Below, in pieces: positions 20,425 to 29,689 of a stretch of 64,000 nt of DNA. The position numbers and the translations under genes are program-made. Where the stretch lies: the NCBI GenBank assembly GCA_963749085.1, contig CAVVLG010000002.1, forward strand, positions 229,033-293,032, given 5' to 3'. The DNA comes from Candidatus Adlerbacteria bacterium (lineage in GTDB: Bacteria > Patescibacteriota > Minisyncoccia > Phycocordibacterales > SBAW01). A model generated the notes under the pieces. The model was not told where the DNA came from. It saw nothing but the letters and a program-made list of their open reading frames with translations, and ran no database searches. Every line of letters begins with the position of its first letter. The stretch's first letter is position 1.

Positions 20425-21271
20425 GAACCAGTCTCAAAAATAATGTTTGAGTAATAGCATGATGCACGCGAGCTTCACGAAGGCGGCAAAGTTCTGCAGT
20501 TTGTATTCGTAGCGAGTCACGAGCTTTCTCCAGTTGTGCATCCACGCGAACAGCCGCTCAATCTTCCACCGGCGCTTGTAGGAGCGCAGCGCCCTGCCGT
20601 CCTGTGTTGCTCTGCGCACCCGGCCTCTGCGATGCGGTGAAATGAGTTTGATGCGGTATTTGTTCAGGAGCGTTCCATCCAGCGGATCGGAATCATATGC
20701 TCGGTCAGCCGTGAGGCGAAGCGGATTCTGTCGGGTAAATCGCCGGGCAAGCGTGTCTTCAACCAACCGGACTTCGCTCGGAGAAGCAGAGGCCACATAG
20801 ACGGCGACTGGAAGAGAGCCTTCGTCCGCAATCGCCATGATCTTGGTGCCTTTCCCACGCTTCGTGGGTCCCACGCCAAGACCCCCTTTTTTGCCCCCGC
20901 GAAGGTGGCATCGAGAAAGCAGCTCCTGAGCTTGATGCGCCCCCGGTATTCCATGTCCATGGCCAGGGCTTCGACGATGCGGTCAAAGGCGCCGCTCTCC
21001 ACCCACTGCTGGAACCTGCGATGGCAGGTCTGGTAGGGCGGGTAGTCTTTCGGCAGGTGCTTCCACTGGGCGCCGGTCTTCAGTGCCCAGAGGATACCTT
21101 CCAGTATCTTGCGGTCGTCCTGCCGGGGACGGCCGCGGGTTTCCAAACGCTTGAGGGGTGTGACAAACGGAGCGATGACGCTCCACTGCTCGTTGGTGAG
21201 AGGCATGGGCAGGCAAATTACGGGTAACGCCCTGTGCCTTTAGTCTACAACGGTATTTTTGAGATTGGTTC
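20425..21271 (-). mobile_element. IS5 family insertion sequence (IS427-like), 847 bp, TA target duplication
   Basis: 18-bp terminal inverted repeats GAACCA(G/A)TCTCAAAAATA with 1 mismatch; TA at 20423-24 and 21272-73. Confidence 0.93.
20434..21206 (-). CDS. IS5 transposase expressed by -1 programmed frameshift (orfA 20664-21206, orfB 20434-~20890)
   Basis: LTNEQW, W.LKTGAQWKHLP, FLDATF; A_AAA_AAG slippery site at ~20886-20892; orfB ADRAYDS and RWKIERLFAW. Confidence 0.92.
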
Positions 21272-22252
21272 TAGTGAATGGGAAGTCCTGTATCAACGCC
21301 GATAATAATCCTGTCGCCTTGTTCATTGACTTCAGGCACGACGTTCTTTAACACAACAGTGCTGGGTATTTTGTTTTCCGAGGCGATGTAGGGAAGCCCA
21401 AGGACATAGTTGTAAAAGTATTGCTCACTTTTATGTGGGTCGTTCTTGGCTTCGATAATCTTCTCTGCGCTTATCCACGGACACATCAACTGAGAAATAT
21501 GATAGCCTCGAAATGTACCGAGAGCGGTGGCGAGCCATTGGCCTTTTTTTCTCACATCATTTGATAGAGGCGCGAAACAATACTTGCATTGATAGTGTTT
21601 CGTCTCAAGATTGATTGACTTGGGCCACGCAAGTATCTGCTTCACTGTACAATGGGGGCAGGTAATAACCCATTCTTTCTTGTCGCTCTGCTGCCAATAA
21701 ATGTCCACCCCAAATCCAGCCACGGAAGGGTGAGACCAATACCATCTGCTTGCTTCGGGTTTAGCTTGTTGTCGCGTCTCCATGAGCTTGACGTTCTCCC
21801 AGTTAGAGAAATCTAACTCGTCGTGTGCGTTTATATCTGAGGGATACATCATCGCTTGCGTGGGAATCTGCGTTCCACGGAAGCGTATCATCGAATCCCC
21901 CACCGCCTTATGTGACATGGTGTCTGAATTCTGCACCCATTTCTGTAGAGGAGGATTTTGGGCTATGAGCCGGTTAAATGTTCCGGACACCATCTCGTAC
22001 GTCGAATCCTCAGTAGGAAGGGTATACACTATCTGTTTCTTTTGATGGTAGGCGATGTAGAGGCACTTCAATATCTGCGCCGTCGTCATGCCGACCTGAG
22101 GTGGTTTGAGCACCACCATTAACGGGGAGAAGTCGTTGTAGATATCCTTTAGGAACTTGTGGTCGTCAAATTCAATAGGTTCTCCCACCTCATTCACGAG
22201 CGTAGATGCCCATAAGGACGGGTAACGACTGTATGCTTGCTCTATCTCCTCA

Positions 22253-22660
22253 TCACTGAAGCTTGAGAAGTCTATCGGCGAGCTCTCTGATTTTTGGGGT
22301 ATACGTAATCTCATGTTTTATAGTGAGCGCATGTTCTTTCACTTTCGCACCGTATTTCGCAGAGTTATGCTCGAGCCAATACTTAATCGCTGGCCAATGC
22401 TTGTCTTTGCTCAGTAGGATGAGTTGGGATTCGTTCATATCATTGATGAATTCGATCCCTTGCTTTATCGCCTCGACGGCCTGCCGCCTGAATACCTCAT
22501 CCTCCTGTAGCCAGCGGTAGTAGGTGGGACGCGATACCCCGGCTTTCTGGCAGGCGACCTGAATGATGGGCCACTCTTTGAGCGCATCGAGCATTTTTTG
22601 CTTATTCTCGATCATGCGCTCCTCAACGGAGGGGACTTCTTTTATTTCTTCTTCACTCAT
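22253..22660 (-). CDS. HTH protein, putative terminase small subunit (phBC6A51-like)
   Basis: IIQVACQKAGVSRPTYYRW..ED..F and AIKYWL; directly upstream of terL. Confidence 0.75.
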   Translation of the reverse strand: MSEEEIKEVPSVEERMIENKQKMLDALKEWPIIQVACQKAGVSRPTYYRWLQEDEVFRRQAVEAIKQGIEFINDMNESQLILLSKDKHWPAIKYWLEHNSAKYGAKVKEHALTIKHEITYTPKIRELADRLLKLQ

Positions 22661-23922
22661 ACCTTCTTTGGAATGAGGCCAGTAAGCTGCGACCAGCGGT
22701 TGAGTATGACCGAGGCGTACAGGGGGGATTCCTCCATGACGTAGCAGCGCCGCTGCATCTTTATCGATGCTATGAGCGTGGAGCCGCTACCGCCGAATGG
22801 GTCGAGCACGAGATCCCCGCGCTTCGTGAGTACCTTGATATAGGGTATGAGGATATCAACTGGCTTTGACCTAATGCCCTGGTGGGATGCATGCCGGTCA
22901 TATGTCCCATGTTCGATAAAGTCGGTGGGCTGATTGTGCATGTCTTTTTCGTAGCCTCCCCAGTACGGCTTCCCCTGCATAGCGTGGAGCGCGCTCTCAT
23001 ACACATTCTGTAGAAGCTCATCTTCCCGAGCAGTGTTGAGGGACATCTTCACGTTGGAGGAGCCGACCATGGCGATAGCACGCGGAGCAGAGAATTTGTA
23101 ATTGGCGGAGTAGCTCGGCCCGCGATTTCCCACATGCCACACCAGCATATTTTTGACTTGCCAGTACTTCTCCATCTCATCCGAAATGTGGCGAATGTGT
23201 TGCCAGTCCTCAAAGACGATGATATGAAAGTCGTCCTTGGCGGCTGCCTGCACATGTGCCATCCATCGCGGCGTGCTCGAGACGACATTGCTTTTCTTTC
23301 TCCTGCCGTGGAGCAGATAGGGCGGAGACGTGAGACACAGATCCACTTTATTTTTGCCTATGAGTGTGCGCATATGGGCCCCGATGGTGGGGTCTCCGCA
23401 TACGAGACGGCTGCCGCTCAAGTCATACATGTCGCCTTTTTCGACGTTGAGGCGTTTGTGATCAAGATTCGCTACTTCTTCCTCCAGATCAAACGGCTTG
23501 GGTGTTATGTCGATAGTGAAGATATCGTCAAGCTCTTCACTAGTGAACCCGGCGGCGGAGAGGAATGTCTCGTCGAATTTTTCGAGCAGCGTTTCGTCCC
23601 ATGCGCCCCTATTTTTGTTGAGGCGAAGATTTAATTGTTTCTCCCGCTCTAAGTCGGGGATGTTGATATATAGCACCGGCACGATTTCAATACCGAGTTG
23701 CTTGATAATGGAGAGGCGAAAGTGGCCGCCGATGACGACGCCCTTTCGCTCCGGCGCACTATTCACGATCAACGGTTCGACGATGCCGAAGCTCGTGATG
23801 CTTTCTTTTAATTGGTTCTCCGCTTTCTTGTCCCACGTTCTTGGGTTATATTCTGCGGGTTTGAGGGTAGCGATTGAGACATGCTCAATGCGCAGGCCCC
23901 CAGGAACCTTTGTATTTGTCAT
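22657..23922 (-). CDS. ParB-like N-terminal domain + N4/N6 DNA methyltransferase (beta class)
   Basis: LKPAEYNPR, IGGHFRL; LTSPPY, KPVDIL, VLDPFGGSGSTL. Confidence 0.9.
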   Translation of the reverse strand: MTNTKVPGGLRIEHVSIATLKPAEYNPRTWDKKAENQLKESITSFGIVEPLIVNSAPERKGVVIGGHFRLSIIKQLGIEIVPVLYINIPDLEREKQLNLRLNKNRGAWDETLLEKFDETFLSAAGFTSEELDDIFTIDITPKPFDLEEEVANLDHKRLNVEKGDMYDLSGSRLVCGDPTIGAHMRTLIGKNKVDLCLTSPPYLLHGRRKKSNVVSSTPRWMAHVQAAAKDDFHIIVFEDWQHIRHISDEMEKYWQVKNMLVWHVGNRGPSYSANYKFSAPRAIAMVGSSNVKMSLNTAREDELLQNVYESALHAMQGKPYWGGYEKDMHNQPTDFIEHGTYDRHASHQGIRSKPVDILIPYIKVLTKRGDLVLDPFGGSGSTLIASIKMQRRCYVMEESPLYASVILNRWSQLTGLIPKKV

Positions 23923-24115
23923 GGTACTGAACAATTAAATTAATAGGAACTAGTTGCGGATCTTTCCTACAGTACTATTTACAGATGATTTTCCGTGCCG
24001 AAGTTGCATAAGCATCCGCTACTCGTGCAGATTGCATGAAAATCCCTTTCGCCGAAGGATTTTTCCCGTGCGCAGAAAAAAGCTTCAGCTTTTTTCATAT
24101 AGCATGACGTTTACG

Positions 24116-24196
24116 CAGGTTGATTCAGGCTCAACCGAGAAGGCCGGTCATTACTAGATGTGTTCTCAGGTTGATTCAGGCTCAATCGAGAAGGCC
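24116..24196. repeat. two 30-bp direct repeats with internal hairpin, 21-bp spacer
   Basis: CAGGTTGATTCAGGCTCAA(C/T)CGAGAAGGCC at 24116-24145 and 24167-24196. Confidence 0.9.
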
Positions 24197-24381
24197 AGCG
24201 TAATTATATCGAGGTCGATTGATTATGCAAGTGTTGTTGTACACGTTATCCACACAGCTAGAACATGCGATTATAAAAACTGTCAAGCCCACTATTCTTC
24301 AGGGAAGCGAATGAGACAGCGACTTACCTCCAAAAAACGACAATATACCTATTTTGTCTTTATACTGCTTGGTAAAATGCA

Positions 24382-24429
24382 AAATGAGACACGCAAATGA
24401 GACACGCAAAAAGTGTCTCATTTGTCTCA
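24382..24429. repeat. iteron/operator-like array
   Basis: AAATGAGACACGC x2 (24382-24407), inverted GTGTCTCATTT (24413-24423), extra GTCTCA; further AATGAGACA at 24310. Confidence 0.85.
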
Positions 24430-24518
24430 AATTTGATCCCATACCCGACCGTCAACAAAAAAATAGGCCCACCCGCAAGGTGCAGGTGGGCCGTTATATT
24501 TCCAGAAAGGTGAGAACG

Positions 24519-24974
24519 TCAGTAGGAGAAGGCCCGTTCTTGTGCCTTCTTCTCGACCGGGGTTCTCGGCGCGGCCGGCAGCGTGAGCACGGTGGCTTCC
24601 TGGCCGGGCTGGAGACTGGTCAGAAGCACGATGTTGCCGTCCGCAAACTGGAGCGCGTCATGGTGGCGGTTCGCCAGCTCCTTGTCGACCTGGATGAAGG
24701 TCGCGGTGCGCTCAGCGCTCTTTGGCGGCACGCCGATGGTCTGCTTCTTGCCGTTGACGTCAGCTTGGTATGGGCCGATGCTCCGAGTGCGGATGCTTTC
24801 GGCGAAGGACAGTTCGGTGCCAGGGAGTACACAGATGGCAGTTGCACCACTGGCCGCTCCGGGGTCATTCACCGCTTTGAAGCCGCTGGTGCCGGTCGTG
24901 AAGTCATGCGTAACAAGCTTATCGGCCACTTTGGCGTCTCGTCGCTTGACATGCATCAGACTGTAGTCGCACAT
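24519..24974 (-). CDS. conserved hypothetical protein (MCDYSL family)
   Basis: MCDYSL...AICVLPGTELSF...HHDALQFADG..VLLTSL.PGQ.ATVL.LP; AAGGAG RBS. Confidence 0.8.
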   Translation of the reverse strand: MCDYSLMHVKRRDAKVADKLVTHDFTTGTSGFKAVNDPGAASGATAICVLPGTELSFAESIRTRSIGPYQADVNGKKQTIGVPPKSAERTATFIQVDKELANRHHDALQFADGNIVLLTSLQPGQEATVLTLPAAPRTPVEKKAQERAFSY

Positions 24975-25128
24975 CGCTGTGCTCCTTTCCTGGTTACTGC
25001 TGCGAAGGAACAAAAACAAGCCCTTCACCACCGACCATACCACCCGCATTGCTGCCCTGCAATACATGGAGGTGGACAAGGATATTGTGTGGTAGCCTAA
25101 GGCCAGAGTAGGCTCTTGGGAGGAAACG

Positions 25129-25356
25129 ATGGAAAAGCAATCGGCAAGCTACCATATGGAAAGCGCGTTCGATGCATTCTGGAGGGCTACCAATTCGATG
25201 GTTGAATGTCAGTTGGCGGTCGTCACTGCCAGTATGACCGTTGGCCTGGAGTTTTGGGACCTATGGCATGTGTCTCGCGGACTCCGAGCCATCGAAGCGA
25301 TAAAGGAAAGCGCCTCCGGTGGCCATAGTGTTATTTACCTCAAGAAGTACGCGTGA
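25129..25356 (+). CDS. hypothetical protein
   Basis: GGAGG RBS before ATG. Confidence 0.55.
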   Translation: MEKQSASYHMESAFDAFWRATNSMVECQLAVVTASMTVGLEFWDLWHVSRGLRAIEAIKESASGGHSVIYLKKYA

Positions 25357-25496
25357 CTACCACTAGTTTAAGCTTGGGAGGAACCTATGGGACAACTGCT
25401 ACCTGACGTGGCTCTCGGTGTATGCCTCGGGCTCGCCTATCTCGGCATCACCTCGTGGGTGCCGGACCTCATCTCCCTCCTCGTGGCGGTGTGAGC

Positions 25497-25655
25497 ATGG
25501 AGAACGAGAAAGAAGTCGAGAAGAAAGAGGGGAACAAGGGTGAGCTACTCTACCTTCCTTCCCCGATCCGGGACGCGGCTATGCTCATAGAGTTCGTGCG
25601 CCGATGCGAAGAGCAGGCGCGCGACCCGCATGGCAACGCCGCATTCGGACGCTAG
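25497..25655 (+). CDS. small hypothetical protein
   Basis: MENEKEVEKKEG..., follows a short hydrophobic ORF (~25387-25493) that has a GGAGG RBS. Confidence 0.4.
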   Translation: MENEKEVEKKEGNKGELLYLPSPIRDAAMLIEFVRRCEEQARDPHGNAAFGR

Positions 25656-26220
25656 CTTCCCAACATTGTCGCCGCCCTTCACCCGAAGGGCGGCATTCTC
25701 TTATATTAAACACTCTGTTACAAGTGACGTCGTTCATGGTGCGTTTTCGATACATCGCTGTGCTCTTCAGTGGCGCCGCGGTCGCCCCCAGGCATGCGCG
25801 GGGCCTTCTCTTGTCTCTTTTCATAGGAATCTAATGTTTCGCTTAATACTATTGTCCGCAGACTCGGGCGCACCAAGTTGCTCAATCGGCATCTGTCTCG
25901 ATCCCCGGTCTCCGACACCCCCGAGGCGACGCTGGTCATGAGCTTGGATACCAATCAAGAAACAAATGCAGCCCGAGTCATACGTTACTGCCGCTTGATT
26001 TGTTCAGCGGCTTTTCTTTTTTTGGTCTCTCAAACCACAAAAACGATAGCGTGAATCTGCGAGTTTTCTCGCTTTATTTGGTCACGAATATGCTTCATTT
26101 AAACCTCAGGGAGGCTGCGCAACGATTGCAGTGTTCGTGCGTATAATTAAAAGAACTCAATAACGTTCTCTAGCTCTTAGGTGCCGTGCCTGTTCCATTT
26201 ACTCACCTCAGAAACTAACT

Positions 26221-28029
26221 ATGAAAACGTATATACTTGGTCTGGCTTCTCTGGTTGCTACAGCGTCCTTTCTTGTGCTGACTAGTATGGCACTAGCTTC
26301 TTCCACCCCAACGATTACCTCCATTACTCCCAGCAGTGGATTAACCACCGGCTCAACCACCGTGACCATTGCCGGTACTGAGTTTGCAACTGGTGCGACC
26401 GTGACATTCGACGGTACCTCGGCGATCGGCATCACCTTTGCAAGTTCCACTGGTGATATAACCGCAACGACACCTGCCGGTACCGTTGGCCCGGCGACCG
26501 TGGTGGTCACCAACCTCGATGGCGGCGCTGCCACTTCAACGACCGCGTTTAGTTATGTGGCACCAACCTCGACCCCAACCATTACTTCAATTACGCCCAG
26601 TAGTGGGCTAACCACCGGCTCAACTTCCGTCACCATCTCCGGCACGCAATTCGCAACCGGTGCAACCGTGACGTTTAACGGCGCCTCGGCAACTGGCATC
26701 ACGGTTGCGAGCTCCACCGATATCACTGCGACAACCCCTCCCGGTAGCGTCGGCCCAGCGACCGTGGTGGTCACGAACCTCGACGGCGGCACTGTTACCT
26801 CAACGACCACCTACACGTATATGGCGCCTACGCCTACGTATACGGTCACCATCGACAAATTCCTCAATGGCATAGCGGCATCGACGACCAGCACCACCTT
26901 AGCCTTCCCGATGGATGCCTCCTGGAGCGACACTCCCTCCTCCGGCAGCGGCTCTTTTACCCTCAGCCCCACCGGATTCAACAGTCCAAACGCCTATGAG
27001 GCCATTACCTCCCCGATGGATCAGGGTGCAACCTACACCACTAACGAAGTCATGAGCGCCCCCGTCGTGTCCGCGACTTGCGACGGCACGGCATCCACTA
27101 CCCTTATGGGGTACTCTGTCGGCACTACCTTGGCGGCTGCAATGAGTGCTACATCTTCTCTGACAGCGCCCAACTTCCCCGACCTCACCAGCAATGAGTA
27201 CGTCATCGTATGGAATAGGAATTGTTATGCACTTCCTGCACCGACACTGCTCTCACCGCCCAACGGCACCACCACCACGACCGCGGGCCTAACCTCCGTC
27301 AGCTGGAATTCGGTAACCGATCCGGCGGGCGGCATCACCTACGTCTATCAAGCGTCGAATACCTCCGCGCAAAACCCTGACGGATCCTTCACGACACCCG
27401 TCTATACGTCCGGCCCACTCTCGACAACCACCCTCGCCACACCGGGCACTCCTGCGGGCACGTATTTCTGGCACGTAGAGGCGATGGATGCCGACCAAAA
27501 TACAAGCCCGTGGAGCCTCGTGTGGATGTTTACGGTGAGTAACCCGCCGCCGCCGCCGCCAGCGAATGCCTGCTCTACGACGGGCGCTCCTGCGGGCTAT
27601 ACGCTCCAGACGGACACCCGCGACCGCGATTCCGTCGCGCTCGCTCCGTTCACGATGTTCGTCGGCAAGGGCGGCAACTACAACGTCACGGGACCGGACG
27701 GCAACTACATCGTCTGCATCGGGGCCGGGAACGCCACGGTTACGCTCGGCAATGGCAGTGACACCGTATTTATCGGTGGCGGCAGAGCCACGATCACACT
27801 CGGCAGTGGCACGCAAACCATTATGACCGGAGACGGTAATGCCACCATCACCACCGGAGCAGGCAACGACACCATCACGACCGGCAGCGGCAATACTACC
27901 ATCAACGCCGGCACTGGGGATGACACCATCGTGACCGGGACTGGCAACCACTTTATCGATGCGGGAGGGGGCGCTAGCACCTGCACGGTCGGATACGGTC
28001 GCAATACCATCCGTAACTGCACGCTGTAG
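26221..28029 (+). CDS. secreted surface protein: 2 IPT/TIG domains, Fn3-like domain, RTX-like Gly-rich repeats
   Basis: Signal peptide; duplicated PTITSITPSSG..TG.T.VTI.GT.FATGATVTF; GAGNDTITTG repeats. Confidence 0.88.
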   Translation: MKTYILGLASLVATASFLVLTSMALASSTPTITSITPSSGLTTGSTTVTIAGTEFATGATVTFDGTSAIGITFASSTGDITATTPAGTVGPATVVVTNLDGGAATSTTAFSYVAPTSTPTITSITPSSGLTTGSTSVTISGTQFATGATVTFNGASATGITVASSTDITATTPPGSVGPATVVVTNLDGGTVTSTTTYTYMAPTPTYTVTIDKFLNGIAASTTSTTLAFPMDASWSDTPSSGSGSFTLSPTGFNSPNAYEAITSPMDQGATYTTNEVMSAPVVSATCDGTASTTLMGYSVGTTLAAAMSATSSLTAPNFPDLTSNEYVIVWNRNCYALPAPTLLSPPNGTTTTTAGLTSVSWNSVTDPAGGITYVYQASNTSAQNPDGSFTTPVYTSGPLSTTTLATPGTPAGTYFWHVEAMDADQNTSPWSLVWMFTVSNPPPPPPANACSTTGAPAGYTLQTDTRDRDSVALAPFTMFVGKGGNYNVTGPDGNYIVCIGAGNATVTLGNGSDTVFIGGGRATITLGSGTQTIMTGDGNATITTGAGNDTITTGSGNTTINAGTGDDTIVTGTGNHFIDAGGGASTCTVGYGRNTIRNCTL

Positions 28030-28053
28030 ACGTCGGTACTACACGCTACCTCA

Positions 28054-28089
28054 AGAAAAACACTCCCCCAGGCGAGGGAGTGTTTTTCT
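28054..28089. terminator. bidirectional intrinsic terminator
   Basis: AGAAAAACACTCCC-N8-GGGAGTGTTTTTCT. Confidence 0.75.
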
Positions 28090-28252
28090 CTATCTAAACC
28101 CTCATATGAATTGCGAGAGGGTCAGTTCCAGCTGACTTGATACGTAATAAAAAATAAACTATGGTGCTCCCAGCACTGTCCCCACACAAAGAGGTCCTCA
28201 GATGAAAAGTCCCCTGCTTCTCCTCGCGTTGCTTATTGCAGCCTCTTCTGCT

Positions 28253-28456
28253 TTAGCCCAAGCCCAACAGACCACCGGGTTCACACTCGACTGGTTTGGC
28301 AAACGCCAATTCAGTCCCTGGCAGAACGCAAACAGCAACCCGAGCATCTTCCGAGGCAGCAAACCCTCGCGTACCGGTGCGGAAGTCGCGTGTGGTTAGT
28401 TTATCGCCAACCTTCGCCGGTCGTGACGCCACGTTGTGAAGGCTATAGTCGCACAT
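28253..28456 (-). pseudogene. truncated second MCDYSL-family gene
   Basis: N-terminal 67 aa align with 24519-24974; C-terminal HHDAL half missing. Confidence 0.75.
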
Positions 28457-28576
28457 CGCAGCAACTCCTCCATTGGAGGCCCTCCAGCGACCAATAGGCT
28501 ATAGCAAAACGAGCACCACGTCACCCCAGTCGGCTCGTTCGTGCACACATTAGCCCCTGTGCTATACTGTAAACCT

Positions 28577-28843
28577 ATGAACACAGAGACCTTTTCGGTT
28601 CGCCTCGACCGTTCAGCAAAAACGAGGCTTCAAAAGCTCGCGAAGAGCACCGGTCGGAGCCGTGCATTCCTCGCGGCCGAAGCCATTTCCGCCTATCTCG
28701 ACATCAACGAGTGGCAGATCGCGGGCATCACCAAAGCACTGGCCTCGCTTGACCGAGGCAAAGCCATCGCACACATACGCGTGAGTGATTGGGTCGCTTC
28801 CTGGGAGACAAGGAAGGAGCGCCGAGCTCCTCGGGGCATATGA
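28577..28843 (+). CDS. CopG/RHH antitoxin
   Basis: TFSVRLD...RLQKLAKSTGRSRAFLAAEAI; V.DW..SW tail; ATGA overlap with toxin. Confidence 0.88.
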   Translation: MNTETFSVRLDRSAKTRLQKLAKSTGRSRAFLAAEAISAYLDINEWQIAGITKALASLDRGKAIAHIRVSDWVASWETRKERRAPRGI

Positions 28844-29127
28844 CGCTCCTATGGTCTCCGGAATCCATTCATGATCTTCTCGCCTTGCGCGCGCACATCG
28901 CCGAACATGATCCGGCCGCCGCAAAACGCGTCGCCCTACACATCCTCTACTGCGTCGAATACCTGCTGTCGGAAAACCAGAAACTCGGCGCGTCGGGCCG
29001 CGTGCCCGGCACGCGCGAACTCGTCATACCAAAAACGCCTTACATAGTCCCCTACCGCGTGCGCGGTACAAGGATCGAGATCGCGCGCGTCTACCACAGC
29101 TCGCGCCGCTGGCCCCACCGCCTCTAG
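28840..29127 (+). CDS. RelE/ParE family toxin
   Basis: LLWSPES..DL, GRVPGTRELVI..TPYIVPYRV, RVYHSSR.WP. Confidence 0.9.
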   Translation: MTLLWSPESIHDLLALRAHIAEHDPAAAKRVALHILYCVEYLLSENQKLGASGRVPGTRELVIPKTPYIVPYRVRGTRIEIARVYHSSRRWPHRL

Positions 29128-29385
29128 CGTCACGCTACAACCAATAAGACGCCGGGCAACCAATCCCCCGCCGCGGCTCAACCGCGCCACTAAACGCCGC
29201 CAAACCCTCCAAAACCCGTGACGCACCGAGGCGTGGTAAAGTGCATTCACCGCCTTCCGTATGGCCACGTCACTTGCTCACGCCCATCGCGTTCCGCATA
29301 CCGTCAAGCCACCCGCGCGCTGCCCGCACTGTGGCAGCACGCGTCTCATCCGCAAGGGCACGCGCTACCGAATACATTGCAGAAG

Positions 29386-29634
29386 TTACAGCCCTTGTAA
29401 GACTTCTCGTGCGTTTTTATAACGTTTTCTTTTTTTGGCTTCTTGAAATTCCCTGTCCCATGCGGCCCGGAGCGCCCGTGGATCGTTAGTCGGCGTAAAA
29501 GGCAGACCCTTCTGTATCACCACTTGATGGAGAAACAACTTGACCCCGCTTGAGAGATCGAGTCCCATACCCCTCAGGGCCTTGCGCGCAGCTGTCTTGG
29601 TCTTCTGTTCAATCCGTACATTGAGAGTCGTCAT
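29386..29634 (-). CDS. RelB/DinJ family antitoxin (orphan)
   Basis: LNVRIE..TK..A...L..MGLDLSSGVKLFL.QV...GLPF. Confidence 0.88.
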   Translation of the reverse strand: MTTLNVRIEQKTKTAARKALRGMGLDLSSGVKLFLHQVVIQKGLPFTPTNDPRALRAAWDREFQEAKKRKRYKNAREVLQGL

Positions 29635-29689
29635 ACTGAAAGTGTATACAATGTATATACGCTGTCAAGGCAGCGGAAGATACGCTACT

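Larger units (their letters stand above)
19762..22314 (-). pseudogene. phage terminase large subunit (GpA-like) interrupted by IS5
   Basis: Walker A KPPQVGMT, Walker B NAHDELD, CPHC/CKYC, nuclease IIIGVDTG and PDHFVHC; removing the IS restores the frame (GLPIH-YTLMNKQG). Confidence 0.9.

Noticed and set aside
24116-24196. Bona fide CRISPR array
   Set aside because: Only two repeats, a 21-bp spacer and no cas genes in the window; kept as an unexplained repeat
26300-26830. ~260-bp imperfect duplication
   Set aside because: Explained by tandem IPT/TIG domains
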